NCBI GenBank assembly: GCA_007132725.1
Contig: SLOD01000011.1
Location: forward strand, 117 to 64,116
DNA: 64,000 nt
Source of the DNA: Candidatus Sumerlaeota bacterium
Lineage (GTDB): Bacteria; UBP6; UBA1177
Direction: 5' to 3'
The notes under the pieces were generated by a model, which worked only from the letters and a program-made list of their open reading frames with translations, ran no database searches and was not told the origin of the DNA. The translations under genes were made by a program, and so were the position numbers. Below are positions 28,754 to 39,102 of this stretch, in pieces. The stretch's first letter is position 1. Every line of letters starts with the position of its first letter.

Positions 28754-30241
28754 TTAATTTATAAAAAACTTAAAGACCTTTGAGGCGAAAGTAATTTCTT
28801 TGATAACATTCAAAAAATCTATGAAATCCCGTGGCATGGAACGAACCAAGAAGTATTTAAAAGAAACCGCATAAAGGATCAGGGTGACTGTGCCAGTGAT
28901 GATCAGTCTTACAACAGGATATGAAAAATCGGTTAACATGAGTCCGACAAAATAGACAACCGTACCTATCGGAGCAGTTACAAGAAAAACAGGGGCCAAA
29001 TAAGTTATAAGCTCTGTCGTTTTTAAGTTGACCTGCAGTTTTAATAAAAAAGTTACCATAACATAGCTTAAAAATATGGCAATTGATGTAGAAACTGCTA
29101 CCCCGCTTACGCCCCACTCTTTACCGATGTAAGCTCCACCGATTACCAGCGTGGCATAAATAACTTGGAGCCAGGTTCTTTTATAAACAGCTCCCAGAGA
29201 CTTTACTAAAGCGTCACTAATTTTATATGCTGTCCTGAAAAATAAACTTATTATCAAAACCTTAAATAAAACTTCTACATCATCCCAGTTAGGGCCCAAA
29301 ACCGTCCTGATCAGGTCCCCCCCCATAACCAGAGAAAAAACGGTTATAGGAAGTGCCATCAATGCAACAAAAGCTGTTATGTTGAGGAAAACATATTTAA
29401 TTTTTTCATGCTTATCCTGATATTTTGCAAACAGAGGAAAAAGCACTTTGTCTAAGACAGACCCTATTAAATTGGTTGGAACCAACAACAATTGATATGC
29501 CCGATTATAGAAACCAAGACTGAAGCTGCCTAAAGCTCTGCTCACAACAAAGTTGTCTCCCTGAAGAGCAAAATTGTTGACTACTCTTGATAATGTAAAA
29601 CCTGTGCCAAGAAACAAAAGATCTTTAACAGATGACATTGTTACATTTAAAGACAGAGGGATTCTTTTTATAATAAGTAATGATATCGTTTTAACTGCCG
29701 CCTGTGCTATATGGGCAAAAACCAGAGACCACGCCCCCAGTCCTGCCAAAGCAAAAAATATAGCAAAACCGCCATATAAAAACAGAGAAAAGATATTTAT
29801 CAAGCTTAGTTGTTTGAATTTCATATCCCTTTGCAGTAAAGACTGGGGTACTCCGGATATACTGTGAATAATAAAAATTAGAGAAAAAACTCTAAGCATA
29901 GGTATATTTTCTATACCGACAAATCCGGCAATTGCGGAGGCGAAAATATAAATAACCAGATAAATTATCAACCCGAATAATATGTTTAGAATATTTCCTG
30001 TAACTATATCACTTTCAGTTAAAGTCTTTTTCTGAATAATTGCCGGACCTATACCCATCATCCAGAATATTTCAGCAAAACTGACAACAACATAAACTGC
30101 GGCAACAGCACCGAATTCCACGGGAAGTAAAAGTCGGGACAATATTGTCATGATCAAAAGCTTCATCATGACAGTCCCCACACTCATAAAGCTCATCCAG
30201 TAAACACCCAAAACCGCTTTTTTACGATCACTACCGGACAA
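28754..30241 (-). CDS. wzx: Polysaccharide/O-unit flippase (Wzx, MOP superfamily).
   Basis: ~12-14 TM protein of 495 aa with polysaccharide-biosynthesis-protein family pattern. Confidence 0.6.
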   Translation of the reverse strand: MSGSDRKKAVLGVYWMSFMSVGTVMMKLLIMTILSRLLLPVEFGAVAAVYVVVSFAEIFWMMGIGPAIIQKKTLTESDIVTGNILNILFGLIIYLVIYIFASAIAGFVGIENIPMLRVFSLIFIIHSISGVPQSLLQRDMKFKQLSLINIFSLFLYGGFAIFFALAGLGAWSLVFAHIAQAAVKTISLLIIKRIPLSLNVTMSSVKDLLFLGTGFTLSRVVNNFALQGDNFVVSRALGSFSLGFYNRAYQLLLVPTNLIGSVLDKVLFPLFAKYQDKHEKIKYVFLNITAFVALMALPITVFSLVMGGDLIRTVLGPNWDDVEVLFKVLIISLFFRTAYKISDALVKSLGAVYKRTWLQVIYATLVIGGAYIGKEWGVSGVAVSTSIAIFLSYVMVTFLLKLQVNLKTTELITYLAPVFLVTAPIGTVVYFVGLMLTDFSYPVVRLIITGTVTLILYAVSFKYFLVRSMPRDFIDFLNVIKEITFASKVFKFFIN

Positions 30242-30276
30242 TTCAAATCCCCTCTAAAAAACAACAGACCAAATCT

Positions 30277-30936
30277 TCATTTATAGTTTTCTTCATACCA
30301 TTTTCCATGGATACAAGCTACAATAACAGGAACCGTTTTTATTTTCAATATCTTGGCAATAGTTAAACGATGTCTTCCGTCTACAAAATAAAAATCTCCG
30401 TTCCGCCCTATACAGACTCTTATTTCGTCCCATGGTCTGTAAGATCCCAATTCTTCTTGGCTCTTATAACCGTTCCTTTTAATTTCTTCATAGAGTTCAT
30501 CATCTTGTTTTAACCTGGCATCCCATGATTCTATGCTATCACATCCAAATCGTGGAGTTCCCCCCTTTATCTGTTCACAGACACGATGATAAAAATCTGT
30601 TTTATTCCAAGGAACCCCAAGAGCATAGTGTTGGTAGCTCGATGAAAAAAAATCTATCTCACCAAGCTCGACGATGTTGTTGTCCCAATCCCCATAAATT
30701 ATTTTGCCAATTTGGAAGGGCGACTTTCTGCCCTCTACAAGTCGGTCTTTTACTGCATATTTTATTTTTTCAGTAGGAATCCAAAGCAGTTTCTTCAAGG
30801 GTCTGGTTCTATTGGGTAAAAACTTTTCAACCACTAAAAACAAATTCCAAAGATAAAAAATAAAAAGCTTTTTGATTTTTCTAAGAAACAGATATTTTTT
30901 TATGAAGCTGTATGCCGAACTGTTTTTAAAGCTCAT
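30277..30936 (-). CDS. Hypothetical protein; C-terminal FVDGRHRLTIAKIL motif reminiscent of the ParB/sulfiredoxin-fold DGxHR motif.
   Basis: Translation only; no confident family assignment. Confidence 0.3.
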   Translation of the reverse strand: MSFKNSSAYSFIKKYLFLRKIKKLFIFYLWNLFLVVEKFLPNRTRPLKKLLWIPTEKIKYAVKDRLVEGRKSPFQIGKIIYGDWDNNIVELGEIDFFSSSYQHYALGVPWNKTDFYHRVCEQIKGGTPRFGCDSIESWDARLKQDDELYEEIKRNGYKSQEELGSYRPWDEIRVCIGRNGDFYFVDGRHRLTIAKILKIKTVPVIVACIHGKWYEENYK

Positions 30937-32152
30937 TCTTCTTTTTCCGACTCATTATTAACTCTGTTCCGTACAGAGATGTGAAAACTATTAAATATGA
31001 ATTTTTTTCCAAATCCCCACTAAAAAATGCTGTTATCAATGCAAAAAGTGCATACCAGAAAAAAACTCCTTTACAATTGAATCTTTTTTTCGATATTACC
31101 GGGTAAAAAAGAGGATACATGGCAAAAACAAATAAGATCAAGCCTATGAGTCCTGTTTCTGCAAGCAGTTCCAGAATAATGTTATGCGGATAGGTATGAA
31201 CAGAGTACTTATAGCTGCCAACACCTTTCCCCAGTACCGGGTTTTTGACAAAATCATCCCAGGCTGTGGTGTACAAAGATATTCTGGATTGTATATTTCT
31301 TTCTTCCCAAACAGTAGCTCCTCCTCTTGTAATATAGTCATCAAGCCCTAAATTTAGGAGTCCTGCAAATAAAAACAGCAACATAATAATCACATGGGGA
31401 GTCAACAACCAATACTTCTTGTTTCTAAACAGTACCTTTGAATATTTAAAAAGAAGTATCATTATCAGTCCCAAAAGAGGTGCTCTTGAACCGCTAAGGA
31501 CAATTGAAAAGATAAATATGGCAACGAGCAAGTATTTAAGTACCGGTTTTTTTAAAACATTTAAAGATGCTATCAAACTTAAACCGGCTTCTCTGGCAAC
31601 CCATATAGGGTTTAGACCAAAAAATCTTATCCTTCCGACAAGCCCTTCTGTCAACCATGTTTTTGCAATAAAAAAACTCTGGAATACTCCTATGAAAAGT
31701 ATAGCTTTTTCTATTTTTTCCTTAGTGTTATTTTTTCCTAATAACAGCCATGCAGAAAGCAGAAACCCGGAAAAAACACCTTTTAGCATAAACAAATTAA
31801 TTTTTTCCAAAGCATAAGACTGATGATATGTATTACGGGATTGTACAAAATAGTTAATATAGAGATAGATCAAAAAAATTAACCACGGACCAAAAACTTT
31901 AAACAAAGTGGTAAAAGGCTCTATATCAATTTTAGGCTTCAAACTTAATTTTTTAAGCATAAATCCTAAAACAAGCAGACATGAAAGCAGAAACCAGATC
32001 AGCAGTGCCCCGCCATCTTCTCTCAACACACCTATATCTTTTAAGAACAAACCCCAGACTGTCAAACCTATTGACGGCAGCAAAAACAATACAGGGGCAG
32101 CTCCCACCAAAAAGACAATTATTATCAAGGGGAGATAAAATAGTATGTTCAT
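30926..32152 (-). CDS. wzy: O-antigen polymerase/ligase family membrane protein (Wzy-like).
   Basis: Polytopic, with a large periplasmic loop near the C-terminus; position in the glycan locus. Confidence 0.5.
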   Translation of the reverse strand: MNILFYLPLIIIVFLVGAAPVLFLLPSIGLTVWGLFLKDIGVLREDGGALLIWFLLSCLLVLGFMLKKLSLKPKIDIEPFTTLFKVFGPWLIFLIYLYINYFVQSRNTYHQSYALEKINLFMLKGVFSGFLLSAWLLLGKNNTKEKIEKAILFIGVFQSFFIAKTWLTEGLVGRIRFFGLNPIWVAREAGLSLIASLNVLKKPVLKYLLVAIFIFSIVLSGSRAPLLGLIMILLFKYSKVLFRNKKYWLLTPHVIIMLLFLFAGLLNLGLDDYITRGGATVWEERNIQSRISLYTTAWDDFVKNPVLGKGVGSYKYSVHTYPHNIILELLAETGLIGLILFVFAMYPLFYPVISKKRFNCKGVFFWYALFALITAFFSGDLEKNSYLIVFTSLYGTELIMSRKKKNEL

Positions 32153-32182
32153 TCCTGTTAAACCCCTCTTTTTATTTAAATA

Positions 32183-33085
32183 TCAGAAGCGGTTTTCTTT
32201 TATATTTTTTCTATAGCTCAAAAAAGATATAAAAAGTTTTTTTAAAGCAGTAAAAGGAGTACCCGTTTTAAAAATATACTTTATACACTTCAATAAATTT
32301 TTCTGCTTGAAGTATCTTTTAGCTATTTCTATATTTTGAGCAGTGTAAATTGCTTTTTGCTTCTCTTTATCAAAAGAATTGATTATCGGAGCTACTTTTA
32401 AAATATAGTGTTTTCTAAACTCCACTCCTCTCTCTACATCAGATGGAGTATTTCTTTTTAGAACATATCTGGTCATGCAGACTTGAGGAACTGCAACAGC
32501 TTTATACTTCTGAGATAGCCGGACACAAAATTCTATGTCCTGGTCTCTTTTCATAGTAGTATCAAAACCTCCTGTTTCAAGCCAAGCATCCTTGCTGACC
32601 AAAAGAACACTTGAAAGTAAGCTCACTTGCATAGACAGCAGACCGAAACAGATGTCCCCTTCTTTTTCAGCCATTATCACTCGACGCCTTCCATCAAAAA
32701 ATATATTTTCATAAGAAGTGTAACAAAAAGCGTGGTCTTTGCTTTTACCGGATAGTCTTTCGATCTGAATACGGATTTTGGATGGATGAAAAATATCGTC
32801 ATCATCCAGTAAGGCTATATATTTACCTTCTGCATTAGATACTCCAGTGTTGCGAGCTGCCGAACCATTAAGATTTTTTTCATGCTTAATATATTTCACT
32901 TTCGGGTTGTCTTTATATTTTTGAAGCTTACCTTCTGTTTCAAGCTGAAAATGTGTTCCTAAACCATTATCATCTACAACAATAACTTCTATATTTTCAT
33001 AATCCTGTCCCAATGCACTGTCTACAGCCCTGCAAATAATATCAGAACCTTTGTGCGTGGGGATGACAATGGAAACCATATCCAT
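32183..33085 (-). CDS. Family 2 glycosyltransferase.
   Basis: VSIVIPTHK...VIVVDDNG and DDDD motifs. Confidence 0.75.
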   Translation of the reverse strand: MDMVSIVIPTHKGSDIICRAVDSALGQDYENIEVIVVDDNGLGTHFQLETEGKLQKYKDNPKVKYIKHEKNLNGSAARNTGVSNAEGKYIALLDDDDIFHPSKIRIQIERLSGKSKDHAFCYTSYENIFFDGRRRVIMAEKEGDICFGLLSMQVSLLSSVLLVSKDAWLETGGFDTTMKRDQDIEFCVRLSQKYKAVAVPQVCMTRYVLKRNTPSDVERGVEFRKHYILKVAPIINSFDKEKQKAIYTAQNIEIAKRYFKQKNLLKCIKYIFKTGTPFTALKKLFISFLSYRKNIKENRF

Positions 33086-33106
33086 GTTGCTATACTCGCC
33101 TCCGCT

Positions 33107-34228
33107 CTATATTTTGCCTGTTAAAATGGTTCTATATATTTTTAAATATTCTTCTGACATTTTTTTTATGTCGTACTTCTTTGATCTTTCTATACACCTT
33201 TTCGCAACCTTTTCATATTCTTTTTCCCGATCAAGCAGCCACTTGATCTTGTCTGCCAGATCCTTCTCATTCTCCTTTTCAAACAGAATGCCAGCCCCAG
33301 AGACAATCTCAGACAAACCGCTGATATTACTTGCAACAACAGGTTTGCCTGCTGCCATACCCTCAATAGCGACCAGTCCAAAACCTTCCCAGTGGGAAGA
33401 AACTACTATTAAGTCAGATGTTTTAAGTATTTCAGGGATATCCTTTCTTATACCTAAAAACTTCACTCTCTGAGAAACACCCGAAATGTCTGCTAATTTT
33501 TCATTTTCTTCTTTGAGGGGTCCGTCCCCTGCCAACAGTAAAAAAACATTTTCAGGCAAATACTTCATAGCTTTTATCACTGTGGCCTGATCTTTTTGTT
33601 TAGAAAACCTTCCCACCATGCACAATAATTTAGTGTTTTCTGTTAAAGTACTGTCTATTTCCGATTTAGAACACGGGACAGCTTTGCTAAAACTGGCAAG
33701 ATCAACTCCATTATAGACAACTTTAAACTTGTCTCTGTTTTTCCTTGAGATTTTTATCCAATCCATAAGGTTTTTCTGTGTCCCGTCACTTATGGAAATA
33801 ACCGTATCATAAGCACTGTACATGAACTGTTCCAGTATTCTAAAATAAAATCTTCCCCGTCTCCTGTTGTGGGTGCTGTGTTCCGTGGTGATAAATTTTG
33901 GTCTGTACTTTTTCATAAACGATCTGGAAACCAATGAAACCCAGTAATTACAAGGGAATAAATGACTATGGACAATGTCATACTTTCCTTTTAAAATATG
34001 TTTTTTTATATAAATTACATTCATAGGACAATATATTTTTCTTCTTGGGACGACATCCACCTGAATATTATTTTTCTTAAGCTTTTCACCAAAGAATTTT
34101 TTTTTGTCACTTAAAATAAGGACGTGAGCTTCAACATTTTCATCTCTGTTCATATACAAAGCAGACTCTTCAACAAGTTTTTCAGCCCCCCCTGCACTTA
34201 AAGAGTTGATAATATGGAGAATTTTCAT
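33107..34228 (-). CDS. Family 4 (GT-B) glycosyltransferase.
   Basis: C-terminal EGFGLVAIEGMAAGKPVVAS (E-x7-E motif). Confidence 0.75.
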   Translation of the reverse strand: MKILHIINSLSAGGAEKLVEESALYMNRDENVEAHVLILSDKKKFFGEKLKKNNIQVDVVPRRKIYCPMNVIYIKKHILKGKYDIVHSHLFPCNYWVSLVSRSFMKKYRPKFITTEHSTHNRRRGRFYFRILEQFMYSAYDTVISISDGTQKNLMDWIKISRKNRDKFKVVYNGVDLASFSKAVPCSKSEIDSTLTENTKLLCMVGRFSKQKDQATVIKAMKYLPENVFLLLAGDGPLKEENEKLADISGVSQRVKFLGIRKDIPEILKTSDLIVVSSHWEGFGLVAIEGMAAGKPVVASNISGLSEIVSGAGILFEKENEKDLADKIKWLLDREKEYEKVAKRCIERSKKYDIKKMSEEYLKIYRTILTGKI

Positions 34229-35367
34229 TCGCCATCCTTTAAATCTTTGTTTTTAAACTGTAAAATTTTTTTTACTTCTTCCATATAAGCGTCAACAACG
34301 ACTTTTCTATTAAATTCTCTTTCCATCTTTTTCCTTCCTTCAAGACCCATTTCCCTTTTTTTATCATAAGGAATATTAATAAATTTTATGATCGTATCAA
34401 CTAAACTTTCAACACTTTTAACTCTAAACCCTAAACCACTCACTCCTTCATCAAAAGTTTCAATGCAACCGGGTACTTTTGATGCAAGAAGAGGTCTTCC
34501 TGTTGAAGCCGCTTCAAGAAGAACATTACAGATTCCTTCATGATAAGAAGGAATCACTATCGCATGGCTTTGCTTGTACAACTTATGCATATCCTCTTTA
34601 CTCAAGACTCCATCATAAATTACTGTTTTATTTTCAATGTATGGTTTTAAAATATTTTCATATTTCTTTTCCGCTCTTCCCGCAACATGAAATTCCGTAT
34701 AAGGATATCTGTCTCTAATTTTTTTTGCTGCTTCAAGATACTCAAAAACACCCTTTTCTTTCATTATTCTTCCTGCAAAGAAAAATCTTAATCTTCCATC
34801 ATCTTCCGGATATTTCTCAAAGTTATGATGATCAGTATTGACTCCTGAGCCTGGAATTATTTTTGCTTTACCCTCTTTTACAATGTTGTTTCCGGTCATA
34901 AAATCTTTTATTGAACTGTTTTGAAAAAATACCCTGCTTGCTCCTTTCAGCCCTGACTTATAGAGCAACAACGATATCTTCGCCAGCAATCCTTTTCCCT
35001 CTATAGATGTCCCTAGTCCGGTAATATTAGAAATATATGGAACACCCGTTATTCTGCATGCGATACCACCGAAAACATTTGGCTTTATTGTGTAGGTAAA
35101 AACCACATCCGGTTTTATATCCTTCATTATCTTTATGTATTTAACAAGAAGAAGAATGTCCTTCAAGGGATTTATTCCCCTTCTGTTAACAGGAGCTAAA
35201 ACAATTTTGCAGCCTAAACTCCTGAAATAATGTGTTCTTTCACCATCAGGAGTTGCAATTGCCACACTATACCCCTCTTTTATTATGGTGTCTATCAATT
35301 CAACTCTGAAGCTATATAAACCGCTTATGGAGTTCGTTATAACCACAACTTTTTTATCATAAACCAT
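34225..35367 (-). CDS. Family 4 (GT-B) glycosyltransferase.
   Basis: HEGICNVLLEAASTGRPLLAS. Confidence 0.75.
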   Translation of the reverse strand: MVYDKKVVVITNSISGLYSFRVELIDTIIKEGYSVAIATPDGERTHYFRSLGCKIVLAPVNRRGINPLKDILLLVKYIKIMKDIKPDVVFTYTIKPNVFGGIACRITGVPYISNITGLGTSIEGKGLLAKISLLLYKSGLKGASRVFFQNSSIKDFMTGNNIVKEGKAKIIPGSGVNTDHHNFEKYPEDDGRLRFFFAGRIMKEKGVFEYLEAAKKIRDRYPYTEFHVAGRAEKKYENILKPYIENKTVIYDGVLSKEDMHKLYKQSHAIVIPSYHEGICNVLLEAASTGRPLLASKVPGCIETFDEGVSGLGFRVKSVESLVDTIIKFINIPYDKKREMGLEGRKKMEREFNRKVVVDAYMEEVKKILQFKNKDLKDGE

Positions 35368-36001
35368 TGTTGTTTTCCAAACTGTTTACTTTTAAATATT
35401 CCAACAGCAGATATCCATTATCAAGTTTTTCCCTTACAACAACTTCACTAATTGCTTTATGAGAAAAAATGGAAGCAAAGTTTTCACTTGAAACTGTTGA
35501 AAAAATTCTTAATTTTGAACTCCAAGCTGAAATGTGCATTATTTTAGCCATTGTTTTTGCTATCCCTTTTCCCTGATATCTTCCATCCACTACTCTCCCT
35601 ACAAATACTTTTGAGTTTATGAAACATCTCAAGAAAAAATATCCGGCAATCTTATCCCCGTCAAAAACTCCCATCATTATGAATGAGGGGTTTTTAAGCA
35701 GCCTTTTCAGAGTCTTGACATCAAAAGAGTGGGGTTTAAAAAACTTAAACTGTTCCTGATCCTGCTCTTTAAAAAAAGCTTCAAGGTATTTCAGGTCATC
35801 AAATTTTATAAATCTGTAAACCAATTGACCATCATTTTGTTTTTCCATATTTTCAACAAGATTTTTTGTCAGTTTTTTAGAGTGAAGAAATGAAAAGATC
35901 AAGCCATTGACACTTTCAGCAATTATCCATATAGAAGGGAACTTTCGTTTAAACCATATCAGGAACTTTATCATTCCCACAGTCCTTTTATTATCAGGCA
36001 A
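35357..36001 (-). CDS. GNAT-family N-acetyltransferase. Likely start MIKFLIW at about 35974.
   Basis: RVVDGRYQGKGIAKTM = acetyl-CoA-binding R/Q-x-x-G-x-G/A motif. Confidence 0.55.
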   Translation of the reverse strand: MPDNKRTVGMIKFLIWFKRKFPSIWIIAESVNGLIFSFLHSKKLTKNLVENMEKQNDGQLVYRFIKFDDLKYLEAFFKEQDQEQFKFFKPHSFDVKTLKRLLKNPSFIMMGVFDGDKIAGYFFLRCFINSKVFVGRVVDGRYQGKGIAKTMAKIMHISAWSSKLRIFSTVSSENFASIFSHKAISEVVVREKLDNGYLLLEYLKVNSLENNNGL

Positions 36002-37083
36002 ATCCTTTTTAGATCTTCGTCTGTCATCTTTGTGTCACTTGGAAGACAGACTCCGTTTTCAAATAAACTTTCTGCAACTGTTCCCGCTATGTGATCATAT
36101 TTTTTAAAGAATGGTTGGAGGTGCATCGGTTTCCATATAGGTCTTGCTTCGATATTATCTTTTTCAAGTGCTTCCATTATGTCGATTGGTTTTATTTTGC
36201 CGTTTAACTGGATACAGGTTAGCCAGAAGTTTGGTTCATTCCAACTATTTTCAGGCATAAATTCAAGTCCTTGAAGATTTGAAAGTTCTTTTTTATAGAA
36301 TTCAAAGATGTATTTTTTCTTTGCAACTCTTCTATCAAGAACTTTTAGCTGACCTCTCCCTATTCCTGCAAGAATATTACTCATTCTGTAATTAAATCCT
36401 ATCTCGCTGTGCTGGTAGTGTCTCGCCTCGTCCTTGCTTTGTGTTGACCAGAACCTTACTTTTTCTATTTTTCCTTTGTCTTGAGATACAAGCATACCCC
36501 CCCCTGAAGTGGTTATTATCTTGTTCCCGTTAAAGGAAAAAACACCATAATCTCCAAAGGTACCAGTATGTTTTCCTTTGTAGTATGATCCTAAAGACTC
36601 AGCCGCGTCTTCAATGAGGACAGCATTGTGTTCCTTGCATATTTTAACAATTTCGTCCATATCTGTACTGAGTCCGTAAAGATGGACTACTATAACTGCT
36701 TTTGCATGAGGATACCTTTCAAACGCTTTTTCAAGTGCTAAAGGACACATGTTCCATGTTTTAAGATCACTGTCTATAAAAACCGGGGTCGCATTTTGAT
36801 AGATTATCGGATTGGCCGTTGCAGAAAAAGTTAAAGATTGACAAAAAACAATATCGTCTTTTTCCACACCTGCCGCTTTCAAAGCAAGATGAATTGCAGC
36901 GGTTCCGGTTATCAATGCAGCAGCGTGCTTACTTTCCGTTTTAAGAGCAAATTCTTTTTCAAATTCATCTACATTCTTCCCAAGAGATGTTATCCAGTTG
37001 GAATCAAAAGCCTCTTTCACAAAATCCTGTTCAAACCCTTCTTCGCTCATATGCGGAGATACAAGTAATATTTGCTTTCCCAT
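35971..37083 (-). CDS. DegT/DnrJ/EryC1/StrS-family sugar aminotransferase (PglE-like).
   Basis: Fold-type I PLP enzyme pattern with ...FSFNGNKIITTSGGGM... (PLP lysine). Confidence 0.75.
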   Translation of the reverse strand: MGKQILLVSPHMSEEGFEQDFVKEAFDSNWITSLGKNVDEFEKEFALKTESKHAAALITGTAAIHLALKAAGVEKDDIVFCQSLTFSATANPIIYQNATPVFIDSDLKTWNMCPLALEKAFERYPHAKAVIVVHLYGLSTDMDEIVKICKEHNAVLIEDAAESLGSYYKGKHTGTFGDYGVFSFNGNKIITTSGGGMLVSQDKGKIEKVRFWSTQSKDEARHYQHSEIGFNYRMSNILAGIGRGQLKVLDRRVAKKKYIFEFYKKELSNLQGLEFMPENSWNEPNFWLTCIQLNGKIKPIDIMEALEKDNIEARPIWKPMHLQPFFKKYDHIAGTVAESLFENGVCLPSDTKMTDEDLKRICLIIKGLWE

Positions 37084-37111
37084 GTGTCCGATCCTTTTTA
37101 TGTTTATTCTT

Positions 37112-37801
37112 TTACAGGTTTTTCTCCAACAGCTTTTTGCTGAATTTTATTTTTTCATCATATTCACCTTTGTCAATTTTTCCAGTTCTAAGCAGATAAT
37201 CTCCAAAATCTTCAGCTGTATCCATTCCCTTTGTAACTACATCATCACGTTTAAAAACTTTGGCAAGTGTCATCAGAATAATTTTACAATCTTTCAGGAA
37301 AGAAATATCTTTAACATATTGAAGATCCAAAGAAAGCTTTTCTTCCCAGGAAATATTGTTTCTTCCGTTAACTTGTGCCCACCCTGTAATTCCAGGCAGA
37401 ACACTATGTCTTTTTTTTTGCTCGTCCGTCATAAAAACCATATCTTTAACAAGTTGAGGCCTTGGACCTACAATGCTCATATCTCCCCTGATAACATTAA
37501 TAAATTCCGGAAGCTCATCAAGACTCGTTGACCTTAAAAATTTTCCGAACCCTGTAAGCCTTTTATTGTCGGGGAGCAACTCCCCATTGTCATCTTTTTC
37601 ATTTGTCATTGTCCTGAATTTATTCATGGTAAAAATTCTTTCATTAAGTCCCGGTCTTTTCTGGGTAAAAAATACCGGACTTCCAAGCTTAACCTTAACC
37701 ATAAAAGACAAAGCTAAAAAAAGAGGAAAAAAAACGATCAGGGCTATAAATGAAAGTACAAGATCAAAGATCCTTTTGAAGAACCCTCTGTAGACCATCA
37801 C
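37112..37801 (-). CDS. Bacterial sugar transferase (small monotopic phosphoglycosyltransferase, PglC/WbaP-C-like).
   Basis: N-terminal re-entrant helix, KRPGLNERIF...NKFRTM and ...DELP motif. Confidence 0.75.
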   Translation of the reverse strand: MMVYRGFFKRIFDLVLSFIALIVFFPLFLALSFMVKVKLGSPVFFTQKRPGLNERIFTMNKFRTMTNEKDDNGELLPDNKRLTGFGKFLRSTSLDELPEFINVIRGDMSIVGPRPQLVKDMVFMTDEQKKRHSVLPGITGWAQVNGRNNISWEEKLSLDLQYVKDISFLKDCKIILMTLAKVFKRDDVVTKGMDTAEDFGDYLLRTGKIDKGEYDEKIKFSKKLLEKNL

Positions 37802-37855
37802 TTTATTTTGTCATAGTTGATATCGTTATTAAATTTACCAAAAACCTTTTCATCT

Positions 37856-39055
37856 TTACATCTTGCTGTCAAGATACTTGTTTTTTTCAATATGACCAAA
37901 ATCAGGAATAAGTTTAAAAAACTCGGAAAGTATCTCCTCCTTAGTCCAGATACCGTTATTTTTCAGTTTTTGCATATTGAGAACAAATTTATCAAGAAGA
38001 GTTCGGTCTATGTTTATTTCATTTCTGACTATCCCTATATCTTTGAATCTGATAATATTAACCTCTTCGCTTTTCATGTAAAACTCTTCGTAACTTTTTT
38101 CTCCGGCAGTGTCACTTTGAAAAAAGAAACAGGGCCACTTCCCGTTTTTTATCAATTCATCAGATCTTTTTCGGGCTTCATCCTCCGTTTCGCACAAAAA
38201 AGGAGTATAATTATTTGCTTCAAGAAACTTTACAGCTATATCTGAAAATTTCATCATATTTAACTTTTCGCTGAGCTTTGGAAAAAAAATATCTCTGTTC
38301 TTACCCGTCAATGCAGACATTAAACAAAGTTCCCCACCTTCCTGTTGTGTAACAAAATATCTTTTTACATCGTCAGGTGCAGAGATCGGCTCTCTTTTCA
38401 TAAGTCTATTTTGAAAGCTGTGAAGAAGACTTCCATCTGAAAAAGCTACATTGGCAAACCTCGCAGTAGAAATAGCGATATCTCCACCTTCTTTTATAAG
38501 AAACATCTCCATTATCCTTTTAGAAGCTCCCATCATATTAACAGGGTTGGCAGCTTTATCTGTTGACACACAGAAATATTTTTTGGGACTGCCCGTGCCC
38601 GAAGATCTTAAAAACCGGAGATTCTTTATTGTGTTTAAAACATTTACTTCAACAAGCCTCATAAGAGTGTAGGGATCTTTTTCGCTTCGTACATGTTTCA
38701 ATGCGGAAAGGTTTAAAATATAGTCATAATTCCTCTGGTTTTTTAAGAAGGCATCAAAGATATCGCTGCCGCAATCTATAGCAAATGTTTTGAACTCCCC
38801 TTCGATGTAGCCTAACGAACTCCTGACATGCCTGACAAGTTCTACAAGATTGTTCTCACTTATGTCAACGACATGCAGCAGTTTGGGGTTTCTCCTGAAA
38901 ATTTCAAAAACCACGGACTGCCCTATTGAGCCTGCTCCACCCACAACAAGAAAGGATGATCCGGATATTTCCTCTTTCAAAAAACAATCGTTTTCGTTTA
39001 TATCTTCTGTAAAAAGTTTTTCTTTTCTTCCGATCAGCGAAACAACATCCATCAT
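37856..39055 (-). CDS. Nucleoside-diphosphate-sugar 4,6-dehydratase/epimerase (CapD/PglF-like, soluble form).
   Basis: VVGGAGSIGQS NAD(P) loop, SxxK ...YxxxK short-chain dehydrogenase/reductase (SDR) features. Confidence 0.65.
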   Translation of the reverse strand: MMDVVSLIGRKEKLFTEDINENDCFLKEEISGSSFLVVGGAGSIGQSVVFEIFRRNPKLLHVVDISENNLVELVRHVRSSLGYIEGEFKTFAIDCGSDIFDAFLKNQRNYDYILNLSALKHVRSEKDPYTLMRLVEVNVLNTIKNLRFLRSSGTGSPKKYFCVSTDKAANPVNMMGASKRIMEMFLIKEGGDIAISTARFANVAFSDGSLLHSFQNRLMKREPISAPDDVKRYFVTQQEGGELCLMSALTGKNRDIFFPKLSEKLNMMKFSDIAVKFLEANNYTPFLCETEDEARKRSDELIKNGKWPCFFFQSDTAGEKSYEEFYMKSEEVNIIRFKDIGIVRNEINIDRTLLDKFVLNMQKLKNNGIWTKEEILSEFFKLIPDFGHIEKNKYLDSKM

Positions 39056-39102
39056 TTACCCTCAAGACAATGAAGCTTGATCAATGTCTAAATAAAAACT
39101 TG

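Noticed and set aside
36987-37793. Plus-strand ORFs (36998-37531, 37473-37793) across the aminotransferase / sugar-transferase junction.
   Set aside because: Antisense to two well-supported glycan-biosynthesis genes; no RBS.
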